Positions 53,804 through 62,805 of a stretch of 64,000 bases of DNA are shown here, piece after piece (the first letter of the stretch is position 1; the number at the start of each line of letters is the position of its first letter). Below the pieces are notes generated by a model that did no database searches, had not been told where the DNA came from, and saw only the letters and a program-made list of their open reading frames with translations. Both the position numbers and the translations under genes were made by a program. The DNA comes from an uncultured Isosphaeraceae bacterium (GTDB taxonomy: Bacteria; Planctomycetota; Planctomycetia; Isosphaerales; Isosphaeraceae): positions 118,613-182,612 of the forward strand of contig CAZSQA010000003.1 of assembly GCA_964608915.1 (NCBI GenBank), in the 5' to 3' direction.

Positions 53804-56665
53804 ATGTCATTCGCTACGAACGCTTTACGTGCCCTGTTTCGCTCGCTGCCCGGCATTGCAGCGGTTTTGGCCGTTTCTGCCGCCATCGCGGCGGAGCAGC
53901 CTGCGACCTCCGCCGATGCCCAGGCCGTGCGGAAAATCCTGGGATCGAAGTGCTATTCCTGCCACGGTTCGCTTGGGCAGAAGGCGGGCCTGCGGGTGGA
54001 TACTCTTGCGGCGATGCTCAAAGGCGGCGATTCGGGCCCGGCACTCGAACCCGGCAAGCCGGACGAGAGCGAAATCGTCGCCCGGGTGACCGAAACCGAC
54101 CCGAAGCTGCGCATGCCGCCGGAGGGCAATCCGCTCGATTCCGGGCAGCTCGAGACGCTGCGTCGCTGGATCGCGGCCGGAGCCCCCGCACCCGCGAACG
54201 ACATGCCCGAGGCCGACCCGCGTGAACACTGGGCCTTCAGGCCACCCGTGCGCCCCTCACTTCCCGAAGTGAGCAGCGATACGGGCAAGACGCACCCCGT
54301 CGACGCACTGATTTTGGCCACGCTCAGGAAAAACGGCCTTCGCCCGACGGAAATCACGGACAAGGCCTCGCTCCTGAGGCGGGCGACGCTCGACCTCACC
54401 GGCCTGCCCCCAACGCGCGAAGAAATCGCGGCGTTCCTGGCCGACGACTCGCCGGAAGCTTACGAAAAAGTCGTCGACCGGCTGCTGGCATCGCCGGGTT
54501 ATGGCCAGCGCTGGGCCCGGCACTGGATGGACATCTGGCGATACGCCGACTGGTACGGCCGCCGTTATGTGCCTGACGTCTGGAACAGTGCCCCGCAGGT
54601 CTATCGCTGGCGGGACTGGATCGTCGACTCCCTGAACCGCGACGCCGGTTATGACCATATCGTGCGGATGATGATCGCGGCCGACGAACTGGCCCCCGGC
54701 GACGAAAAAGAAGCCGTGGCGACCGGATATCTCGCTCGCAACTGGTATGCCCTGAACCCCCACCAGTGGAAGCGGGACATCGTCGAACACACGGGCAAGG
54801 CCTTCATGGGCCTGACTTTCAACTGCGCCCACTGCCACGACCACAAGTATGACCCGATCCGTCAGGACGATTACTTCAAGCTGCGGGCCTATTTCGAGCC
54901 GATCGAGTTGCGGCAGGACCGCTGGCCGGGCGAGGCCGATCCGGGGCCGTTCCAGAAATACGAATACTCGGTTCTGCGGAAAGTCGTCATGATCGGCAGC
55001 GTTTCGGTCTTCGACGACAAGCCCGACGCAAAAGTGGCCGTCTATTCCGGCGGCGACGAACGTGAACTGGTCAAAGACCGCGAACCGCTGGGGCCGGGGC
55101 TGCCTGCGATCTTCACGAATCCGGAGCCGGTCACGCCGGTCGAATTGCCGGCCGAATCCATGTATCCAGGCCTGAAGCCGTGGGTGCGGCAGGCGATGCG
55201 TGAACCACTCGTCGTCGAAACGGCCGCTTCTTGGGCATCTCTCAAAACTGCCGTCGAGCTGCGGGAATCGATTCGGAGCGTACTGAAGACGCAAGCGGAC
55301 AAAGCCCTGCAGGCCCCGCCCGAAGCCGCGCCTGATCTGGCGGCAACGGAGATCGCGTTGGCGGAATCTCGGCGTGCCGATCTGGCGATCGAAGCAGCCC
55401 TTTGGCGTATCCGGTCAGCCGAAACCGCCCTGGCTTCGCTCGAAGCACGAATCCGGGCCGACGATGCGAAATATCGAGAGAATGCCGATCCGAAACGGCT
55501 CGATACGCTGCGAATCGCGGCCGTTTCTGCCGAACGGGCGGCAAAACTGGCCGCTCTCAAACGTACGCTGGCGGATGCCGAAATCGCTTCGGCCGATGCG
55601 GCGATCGGGCGGCGAAAGGCCGAACCGGCGAAGATCGCCGAGGCCGACAAATCCATCGCCGCGACCGGTGCGAGCGTGAAAAAGGCCGCCGAAGCGTTGG
55701 CCGCAGCCGAAAAAGCCGTACTTCCCGAAACCTACGCCACGCTGTCGCCGGTCTATCCCGGGAAAAGTTCAGGCAGACGCGCATCGCTGGCCCGCACATT
55801 GACTCGGAAAGACCATCCCCTGACGGCCCGGGTGGCGGTCAACCACATCTGGAACTGGCATTTCGGGCAGCCGCTGGTCGAAACGGTGACGGATTTCGGC
55901 CGCAACGGCAAAAAGCCGACGCATCCGGAATTGCTCGATCTTCTGGCTGTCGAGTTCGTCGAAAATGGCTGGAGCCTGAAACACCTGCACCGGTTCGTCA
56001 TGACCAGCGAGGCCTATCGGCGCAGCTCTTCGGCACGAGGTCACGATTCCGAAATCGCCCGCGACCCGGAAAATCGCCAGTACTGGAAATTCCAGCGCCG
56101 GCGGCTGGAGGCCGAAGCCGTGCGGGACACGGTTCTGGCGGCTTCCGGAAGTCTATCGAACGTCGCGGGCGGTCCGCCGGTCGAGAACAAGCCAGAGGCC
56201 GAATCGACCGACACGCGCCGAAGCCTGTACTTCTCGATTTTCCCGGAAGAATCGGGCCATTCCCGCTTCCTGGAAACGTTCGACGCCCCCGACGCCTGCG
56301 ACGCCTATCGCCGCACCCGCAGCATCGTGCCGCAGCAGGCCCTGGCGCTGGTCAACAGCAAGCTGGTGCAGGAACAGTCGAAAATCCTGGCCGAGAAGCT
56401 CTGGAACGAAACGGCCGCGAACGAGGACAATGCCGCGCGGACCGATCGATTCGTCGAAGCGGCCTTCGCCCAGTGTCTCTCACGTCAGCCGACAACGTCC
56501 GAACGAACGGCTTTAGCCAAATTCCTGAGCACGGAACCGGGCACTTCGACGCCCCCGGCCCAAACCGATACGACACCGGCCACGCCAGGACCCGCGGCAG
56601 CGACGCGGCGGCAGAGCCTGATCCGGATCCTGTTCAATCACGACGACTTTCTGACGATTCGCTAG
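53804..56665 (+). CDS. PSCyt2 + DUF1549 + DUF1553 (PSD1) protein
   Basis: GGAG upstream of the ATG and a signal peptide. KCYSCHGSLGQKAGLRVD (CxxCH), RMPPEGNPL, LLRRATLDLTGLPPT, CAHCHDHKYDPIRQDDYFKLRAYF, RRASLARTLT...HPLTARVAVNHIWNWHFG, and a C-terminal LFNHDDFLTIR. Confidence 0.9.
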   Translation: MSFATNALRALFRSLPGIAAVLAVSAAIAAEQPATSADAQAVRKILGSKCYSCHGSLGQKAGLRVDTLAAMLKGGDSGPALEPGKPDESEIVARVTETDPKLRMPPEGNPLDSGQLETLRRWIAAGAPAPANDMPEADPREHWAFRPPVRPSLPEVSSDTGKTHPVDALILATLRKNGLRPTEITDKASLLRRATLDLTGLPPTREEIAAFLADDSPEAYEKVVDRLLASPGYGQRWARHWMDIWRYADWYGRRYVPDVWNSAPQVYRWRDWIVDSLNRDAGYDHIVRMMIAADELAPGDEKEAVATGYLARNWYALNPHQWKRDIVEHTGKAFMGLTFNCAHCHDHKYDPIRQDDYFKLRAYFEPIELRQDRWPGEADPGPFQKYEYSVLRKVVMIGSVSVFDDKPDAKVAVYSGGDERELVKDREPLGPGLPAIFTNPEPVTPVELPAESMYPGLKPWVRQAMREPLVVETAASWASLKTAVELRESIRSVLKTQADKALQAPPEAAPDLAATEIALAESRRADLAIEAALWRIRSAETALASLEARIRADDAKYRENADPKRLDTLRIAAVSAERAAKLAALKRTLADAEIASADAAIGRRKAEPAKIAEADKSIAATGASVKKAAEALAAAEKAVLPETYATLSPVYPGKSSGRRASLARTLTRKDHPLTARVAVNHIWNWHFGQPLVETVTDFGRNGKKPTHPELLDLLAVEFVENGWSLKHLHRFVMTSEAYRRSSSARGHDSEIARDPENRQYWKFQRRRLEAEAVRDTVLAASGSLSNVAGGPPVENKPEAESTDTRRSLYFSIFPEESGHSRFLETFDAPDACDAYRRTRSIVPQQALALVNSKLVQEQSKILAEKLWNETAANEDNAARTDRFVEAAFAQCLSRQPTTSERTALAKFLSTEPGTSTPPAQTDTTPATPGPAAATRRQSLIRILFNHDDFLTIR

Positions 56666-56723
56666 CCCCCCGGCCGGTGCGTGATGATCGCTTCGAAGAC
56701 CTCCAACGGAACCGTGAATCGCC

Positions 56724-58244
56724 ATGTCCGAAAATGATCCGAACTTCGACGACCGGACCGGTTTCTGCGGCTGCGGCACGTCGCGCAGGGCCTTTCTGGC
56801 CGATTACGGCATGGGTTTCACGGGCCTGGCTCTGGGTTCGATGTTGTTTCGCGACGGTATCGCACGGTCGGCCCGGGCCGACGCGACGGCCGTGAACCCG
56901 CCGCCGACGGGCCTTCCGATGCACAGGCCCCGGTCGAAGTCGGTCATCTGGGTGTTCCTCTCAGGCGGCTACAGTCACATCGAGACGTTCGACAACAAGC
57001 CGGCCATCAACCAATACGCCGGCAAGACGTTCGACAAGACCGCTCTGGCCAACCCGCTCGACAACCCCCTGCATGACAAGCGTTCGCGGTCGGTGGTCGC
57101 GTCCGAAATCAATGTCCGCGACAAGTATCCGATCATTTATCCGCTTCAGGTCGGATTCAAGACCTATGGCCAGTCGGGCATCCAGGTTTCTGACTGGTGG
57201 CCGCACCTGGGATCATGCGTGGATGATATCACCTTCGTTCGTAATATGTGGACGACCGACAACGACCACGCCGCCGAAAACCAGATTCACACCGGCCGGC
57301 ACAGGCTCGATGAAGTGCAGCCCTCCATAGGCGCCTGGGTCACGTATGGCCTGGGCTCGATGAACGAAAATCTGCCCCAGTTCGTCGTCCTGGGCGGGCC
57401 GACCCGGTCCGACACACGCCAGTCGATCGACGCCAATTATCTGGGGCCTCAGTTCGGCGGAGTTCCCATCGATCTGAATCCGACGTTGCCGCTGCCTTAC
57501 GGCCGTCGGGCCGAGGGAGTGAGTGCCGAAGACCAGGCTCGTGAATTCGAAATGGCCCGGGAACTCAATGGCCTGCTGGGCGCGGAATATCCGGACGACG
57601 CCAACCTGCGGGCCCGGATTCGCAGCTATGAACTGGCCTATCGCATGCAGATGGCCGTACCGGAGGCCGTCGATCTGGCCCGGGAATCGGCGGAAACGAA
57701 GTCGCTTTATGGGATCGATCAGGACAACACGAAAGTCGCCGGCGAACGGTTCCTGGCCGCACGGCGGCTGGTGGAGCGGGGCGTGCGATTCGTCCAGGTC
57801 TTCCCAAGTGCTTACGGGGTCTGGGATTCGCACCAGAAGCTCAAGGACAACCACACGCGGCTGTGCGCCACGGTCGACAAGCCCATCGCCGGACTACTGA
57901 AAGACCTCAAGCGTCGCGGGCTCTGGGACGACGTCACCGTCGTCTTTTGCACCGAGTTCGGCCGCACGCCGGGGCTGGAGCAACGTGCCGGCGGCCGCGA
58001 CGGCCGCGACCATCACCCGCATGGCTTCACCATCTGGATGGCCGGCGCAGGCATCAAGGGCGGCATGGTGCATGGCGAAACCGACGAACTCGGCTTTCAT
58101 GCCCTCGAACCGGCCCATTATGTCACAGACCTGCACGCCACCGTGCTGCACCTGATGGGCCTGGACGGCAGAAAACTCGAAGTGCCCGGCCGCCGAAGGC
58201 TGGAGATCGATCACGGCAAAGTAATTACCGAAATTCTGGCTTGA
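56724..58244 (+). CDS. DUF1501 domain protein (Tat signal)
   Basis: GTSRRAFLADYGMGFTGLALG (twin-Arg), VIWVFLSGGYSHIETFDNKP, EFGRTPGLEQRAGGRDGRDHHPHGF and a ...VITEILA tail. Paralogue of 36246..37619. Confidence 0.9.
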   Translation: MSENDPNFDDRTGFCGCGTSRRAFLADYGMGFTGLALGSMLFRDGIARSARADATAVNPPPTGLPMHRPRSKSVIWVFLSGGYSHIETFDNKPAINQYAGKTFDKTALANPLDNPLHDKRSRSVVASEINVRDKYPIIYPLQVGFKTYGQSGIQVSDWWPHLGSCVDDITFVRNMWTTDNDHAAENQIHTGRHRLDEVQPSIGAWVTYGLGSMNENLPQFVVLGGPTRSDTRQSIDANYLGPQFGGVPIDLNPTLPLPYGRRAEGVSAEDQAREFEMARELNGLLGAEYPDDANLRARIRSYELAYRMQMAVPEAVDLARESAETKSLYGIDQDNTKVAGERFLAARRLVERGVRFVQVFPSAYGVWDSHQKLKDNHTRLCATVDKPIAGLLKDLKRRGLWDDVTVVFCTEFGRTPGLEQRAGGRDGRDHHPHGFTIWMAGAGIKGGMVHGETDELGFHALEPAHYVTDLHATVLHLMGLDGRKLEVPGRRRLEIDHGKVITEILA

Positions 58245-58544
58245 CGGATTCATAAGGTCGAATCATGGTCGACAGGTGCCAGAACTGACGTTCTCGCAGA
58301 GAATCAGCGGACTTACCATGACGGAATGCACCGGGATGGACTTCCCTGGCCATGGAGTGACTTTCGAAAGGATTGCGCTGAATTTCATCCGTCGTCGATG
58401 TTCGTCATGTCACGATTTTCGCCTTTCTTCGATTTCTCCAGTTCGGCTCAGCGAAGAAACAGGAAAGTACGATTGCGCAGCCACATTTTCTTAAGCTGCC
58501 GCTGTTTCCGAATCCCCGGATAGCCCCGAATCAAGGAATTCCTC

Positions 58545-59954
58545 ATGGCCCGTACACGCCGCCCAAAGTCCGCCGAATCGACCCCTGAAGCCCTGGACGC
58601 GATCGTCGAAGCTTCGAACCCGGTCGATTTCGAGCCGCCAGTCGAACTGCCCGCGCCCCAACCCGGCGCTGCCACGACGGGCCGTTATGTCGTCGTCTAT
58701 CGTAAGGAAGTGCTTCAGTCACCGAAGCTTGCGATTCAGAGTTTGAACCGGCTGACCGGCATTCGCGATGTCGTGTCGGCCACAGACTTCGCGGCTTCGG
58801 CCGTCGATCAGGCCGCGGCCGCCCGTTCCGACGCACTTTATCTGCCCGCCCTGGGCGTCGCAGTCGTCGCGGCCGACGACGATCAACTCCAGAGCCTGAT
58901 GGGGGCCGCCAGCGATTCCGGAAGCCAGATCATGGGCGTCGAGCCTGAGTATGTCTATCGGGCGTTTCAGGAAACGCCGTTTCCGCATCTGCAATACTTG
59001 AAGGGATATCGTGACGCTGTCAACCAGATTTACGACAAATTCGCCGCCATGAGCGAAACCGCCGATGAGAAGGCCGAGGCCATAGCCACCTACCGCGACA
59101 CCAGCCAGTTCACCTGGGGTCTGCAGGCCACACGCGTGAACACGAGCCGTTCGACCGGCAAGGGCGTCAAGGTCGCCATCCTCGACACCGGCATCGACCT
59201 CAAGCACGCCGACTTCAGGGGCCGCAAGATCACGAGCCAGTCGTTCATCCCGCGCCAGTCGGTGCAGGACGTACAGGGCCACGGCACCCACTGTGCGGGC
59301 ACGGCCTGCGGTCCGGTGATCCCGGCGACGGGCGTACGGCGTTTCGGATGTGCCTACGAAGCCGATCTTTATGTCGGTAAGGTCTTGAGCGACTCCGGTT
59401 CCAGCGTCGGTTCTTCCGTCCTGAGCGGCATGAACTGGGCTGTGGCCAACGGTTGCCAGGTGATTTCGATGTCACTGGGTGCGGATGTCGATCAACCCTC
59501 GCTGGCTTTCGAGCAGATCGGCCGGCGGGCACTTTCGGCCGGATGCCTGATCATCGCGGCTGCGGGAAATAATGCCGAACGCTCGGCGGGCAATTCGGGG
59601 TTCGTCGGTCAGCCCGCGAACAGTTTGTCGATCATGGCCGTGGCGGCGGTCGACAACCGGCTGAAAGTGGCGGACTTTTCGGCACGGAGTTCGTCCTCTT
59701 CTGGCACGGCGGGCAAGATCGACATCGCCGCCCCTGGCGTTTCCATCTTTTCGAGCCTGCCTGGCAATAAGCATGAATCCTGGAGCGGCACGAGCATGGC
59801 GACGCCGCACGTCGCCGGAATCGCGGCACTCTGGTGCCAGCTCACGGGCCGCACCGGCTCCGCGCTCTGGACAATTCTCACCCAGAACTGCCGCAGCATC
59901 TCGGGCGACGTCGCCGATCTCGGCACAGGCTTGATTCAGGCCCCGCAGCAGTGA
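58545..59954 (+). CDS. S8 family (subtilisin-like) serine peptidase with N-terminal I9-like pro-region and no signal peptide
   Basis: Catalytic triad blocks VKVAILDTGID, HGTHCAGT and GTSMATPHVAG. AAGGA lies upstream of the ATG. The N-terminus MARTRRPKSAESTPEALD... lacks a hydrophobic h-region. Confidence 0.9.
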   Translation: MARTRRPKSAESTPEALDAIVEASNPVDFEPPVELPAPQPGAATTGRYVVVYRKEVLQSPKLAIQSLNRLTGIRDVVSATDFAASAVDQAAAARSDALYLPALGVAVVAADDDQLQSLMGAASDSGSQIMGVEPEYVYRAFQETPFPHLQYLKGYRDAVNQIYDKFAAMSETADEKAEAIATYRDTSQFTWGLQATRVNTSRSTGKGVKVAILDTGIDLKHADFRGRKITSQSFIPRQSVQDVQGHGTHCAGTACGPVIPATGVRRFGCAYEADLYVGKVLSDSGSSVGSSVLSGMNWAVANGCQVISMSLGADVDQPSLAFEQIGRRALSAGCLIIAAAGNNAERSAGNSGFVGQPANSLSIMAVAAVDNRLKVADFSARSSSSSGTAGKIDIAAPGVSIFSSLPGNKHESWSGTSMATPHVAGIAALWCQLTGRTGSALWTILTQNCRSISGDVADLGTGLIQAPQQ

Positions 59955-60006
59955 AGAAGCCTCAGGGCGTGCGGCCGCCGCCTCTTTGACCAGAAAACGA
60001 TCGACT

Positions 60007-60047
60007 GTGCGGAAGTCAAGCGGCATCATGCCGTTCGACTTCCGCAC
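60007..60047 (+). terminator. 41-nt near-perfect palindrome/hairpin downstream of the S8 peptidase gene (terminator or regulatory stem-loop)
   Basis: GTGCGGAAGTCAAGCGGCAT-C-ATGCCGTTCGACTTCCGCAC has an outer 11-bp perfect stem and an inner 7-8 bp stem. There is no U-tract, so the terminator call is tentative. Confidence 0.4.
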
Positions 60048-60135
60048 AATTCCGGATAGAAGGATTCCACCGGTCGTTCCGATGCCGTAGGATGTTGTCT
60101 GATTGAGGTTAGGAATGAAACGGAGGCTTCTGCCG

Positions 60136-60423
60136 ATGTCAGACGAAAAACGGCCGAAAAAAAATGGGAAAGCCGGTTCGAAAACCGCGGAGACGAAGTC
60201 GATCGTGATTACCGTGGACGATGAACATTTGCCCAGGATCGATCACGTCGCCAGTGAGCTTCGCTCACTTGGCATGCACGTCGACGACGTCCTCAAAGCC
60301 ACGGGCCTGATATGCGGCACGGCCGAATGCCAGCTTGCCGTGCTCAAGAAAGTGCCCGGCGTGATGAGCGTCGAAGCCCAGACGAGCTTCGACGTCCCTC
60401 CGTCCGATTCCCCGGTGCATTGA
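60136..60423 (+). CDS. small hypothetical protein with I9/propeptide-like beta-alpha-beta-beta-alpha-beta pattern
   Basis: The ATG at 60136 has GGAGG 10 nt upstream. Lys-rich N-terminus, then IVITVDDEHLPRIDHVASELRSLGMHVDDVLKATGLICGTAE..LAVLKKVPGVMSVEAQTSFDV, which resembles the pro-region of the adjacent S8 protease (YVVVY...LNRLTGIRDVVSA...LGVAVVAADDDQLQSLMGA...IMGVEPEYVY). Confidence 0.5.
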   Translation: MSDEKRPKKNGKAGSKTAETKSIVITVDDEHLPRIDHVASELRSLGMHVDDVLKATGLICGTAECQLAVLKKVPGVMSVEAQTSFDVPPSDSPVH

Positions 60424-60464
60424 GCCGGTCGGATCGCCCCTACACATCGCGAAAGCCCGCCTGA

Positions 60465-61274
60465 TCAGTTTCGGACCGGCGGAGTCCCCAGATCGGCGTC
60501 CATCGCTGGCCCGGGGGCCGGCGTGTCCGTGACCGATTCTTCCCGAATATCGGGCTTGATCGCCACAGCCCACACCACGTTCGACCAATACCGGGGCGGC
60601 TCCAGGCCGAGCAGGCGATATTTGATGCCCGCGAGCTTGCGCATGACCAGGACGAGCCCCCGGTAGAGTGACCTCTGGAAATCGACCGGCGCGGGCCAGG
60701 GGTCGCGCATTTCCTTTACTTCGAAACCATGGCAGAAGAGCATTTCGGCCAGCGAAACGGGCGTGAACGACGTTTCGTGCGTGATGTCGCCGTAAACGCA
60801 GCCGGGCCCCGTCGGGCTTTCGGCGTTGGGCACGCTCAGGATCAGCCGGCCGCCGGTGCGGAGCTTGCGATAGACTTCACGAAGCAGCGGAAAAAGCTCT
60901 TCACGCGTGAAGTGCTCGATGATGTCGAGCATGACGATCATGTCATACCCGTTTTCGCTGCGAACGAGATATTCCAGGGCCGTCTGCTCGTGCACTTCGA
61001 AACCGAGCTGGCGGGCGATCTCCACCTGCTGTTTGTCCAGATCCAACCCGGTCAGCCGCTCATAGCCTTCCTTGCGCAAAAAATACATGAACTGGCCGCT
61101 GCCGCAGCCGATGTCGAGAATCTCGCCCGTTTTGTAGTCCGGCAGCCAGTTCCGCGAATACCAGGCGTAATAACGGCGACGCAGCTCATGCCGTGCGGCG
61201 ACATCCTCCACACTCTGATATTTGTGCCAGGCGGTCTGATGCTGGTAGAAAACGTCGCGATAGGGATTGGCCAT
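60465..61274 (-). CDS. class I SAM-dependent methyltransferase
   Basis: Motif I is EILDIGCGSGQFMYFL, followed by post-I LTGLDLD and MIVMLDIIEHF. The track start at 61316 is a TTG, so I use the ATG at 61274. Confidence 0.85.
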   Translation of the reverse strand: MANPYRDVFYQHQTAWHKYQSVEDVAARHELRRRYYAWYSRNWLPDYKTGEILDIGCGSGQFMYFLRKEGYERLTGLDLDKQQVEIARQLGFEVHEQTALEYLVRSENGYDMIVMLDIIEHFTREELFPLLREVYRKLRTGGRLILSVPNAESPTGPGCVYGDITHETSFTPVSLAEMLFCHGFEVKEMRDPWPAPVDFQRSLYRGLVLVMRKLAGIKYRLLGLEPPRYWSNVVWAVAIKPDIREESVTDTPAPGPAMDADLGTPPVRN

Positions 61275-61358
61275 CGATGCCGCCGCATGGAGATTCGTCG
61301 AACGGCGCGGGGGCAAACCGTGTGCCGCCGCTTCGCCGGGTCGGGCCGATTATAGCGA

Positions 61359-62729
61359 TCAGTCCGATCCGCCGGGAAGTGGGCCATAGGCACGATCGAG
61401 CAGCTCGACCGGGTGGACGACCTCGTGCGTGCCGCCCCGTTCGTCCAGATAGTAGCGAATCTGCATCTGACAGCCGATATTCGCCACGGCCACGACGGAC
61501 GCCCCGGTCGCCTCGACGTATTCCGCCTTGCGCCGGCCCAGACGACGGCTCATCTCCGGCTGGCTCAGGTTATACGTCCCCGCCGCGCCGCAGCAGATTT
61601 CCGATTCCTCGAGCGGCACGATCGAAAGCCCATCGATCATCCCCAGCAACTGCCTCGGCTGATTGCGGATCTGCTGGCCGTGACACAGGTGGCAGGCGTC
61701 GTGATAGGTCAGTTTCGCGTCGACCCGGTTCGTCGGCTGGACCGGCCCGAGTTCGACGAGAAACTCGGTGATGTCCTTCACCTTCGCCGTGAATGCCGCG
61801 GCCCTTGCCGATTCCGGATCATGATGCAGCAGATGAGCATAGTCCTTGAGCATCGCCCCGCAGCCGGCGGCGTTGATGATCACGGCATCGTATTTCGAAA
61901 GATCGAAGGCGTTCAGGTTGGCCCGCATGAAGGCCTTCGCCCCGGATTCGTCGCCCGAGTGATAACTGACCGCACCGCAGCAGGCCTGCCCGGCGACGAC
62001 ATGCACCTCGCACCCGTTGTGCTGAAGGATCCGGGCCGTGGCCGAGTTGGTTTCGGGCGTCATGGCGTCGGTCACGCAGCCGGTGAAAAGGGCCACGGTC
62101 GCCCGCTTTTTCCCGACCGGTTCGAGCTTCGCCGGCAGCGGGGCAGGTGGTAAAAGCGGCATCGAAGGCGGCAGCATTTCCTCCATCCGCTGGAGAGTTT
62201 TGGGCAGAAGTTTCGTCAGGCCCAAAGTACGCGCGAGCGGGATCAGGCCCGTCTTCAGGCCGATCCTGGCCGGAATCAGCGCCCATTTCATGCGGTTCGC
62301 ATAGGGGAACAGGTGCCGCAGCAGAATTCGCAGAAGCAGTGGCGGGCGATCTTCGCCGTCGGCCGAAATTTCCATCGCCACCTTGAAAGGTTCGATCAGC
62401 TTGCCGTACTGAACGCCGGATGGGCATGCCGTCTCGCATGCGCGACAATCGAGGCAAAGGCCCAGGTGGTGACGCACCTTCTCCGTGACGGAGGCTCGCC
62501 CGTCGACCACGGCCCGCATCAGGTAAATGCGGCCCCGGGGGCTGTCATTCTCGTCGCCGGTCATCACATATGTCGGGCAACTCGCCGTACATAGCCCGCA
62601 ATGCACGCAGTCCTGATAAAGCCCGTATTCGACACGATCGCTCAACCATTTCAGGTCGATGCCCGCGCCGCCTGCATTCCAGGTCCCGGTCAATTCCGCC
62701 GGTTCGTGTTCCGCAACGCTGTGAGTCAT
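61359..62729 (-). CDS. glcF: glycolate oxidase iron-sulfur subunit (4Fe-4S dicluster + two CCG domains)
   Basis: CVHCGLCTASCPTY and CLDCRACETACPSGV ferredoxin motifs. Cys-rich CCG repeats (FTGCV...CCGA, YHDACH...CCGAAG). Lies downstream of a GlcE-like gene. Confidence 0.9.
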   Translation of the reverse strand: MTHSVAEHEPAELTGTWNAGGAGIDLKWLSDRVEYGLYQDCVHCGLCTASCPTYVMTGDENDSPRGRIYLMRAVVDGRASVTEKVRHHLGLCLDCRACETACPSGVQYGKLIEPFKVAMEISADGEDRPPLLLRILLRHLFPYANRMKWALIPARIGLKTGLIPLARTLGLTKLLPKTLQRMEEMLPPSMPLLPPAPLPAKLEPVGKKRATVALFTGCVTDAMTPETNSATARILQHNGCEVHVVAGQACCGAVSYHSGDESGAKAFMRANLNAFDLSKYDAVIINAAGCGAMLKDYAHLLHHDPESARAAAFTAKVKDITEFLVELGPVQPTNRVDAKLTYHDACHLCHGQQIRNQPRQLLGMIDGLSIVPLEESEICCGAAGTYNLSQPEMSRRLGRRKAEYVEATGASVVAVANIGCQMQIRYYLDERGGTHEVVHPVELLDRAYGPLPGGSD

Positions 62730-62805
62730 GCTCTTCCGCTCTTCGAAAATCGAATGTGACCATTCCGGTTCGGCGTGAAGTCAATCGTTCACGTTCCGCG
62801 TGATT

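Noticed and set aside
55402-56895. 497-aa forward ORF in an alternative frame
   Set aside because: It overlaps the 3' half of the DUF1549/1553 gene and the DUF1501 start out of frame. About 25% of its residues are Arg, and it has no motif.
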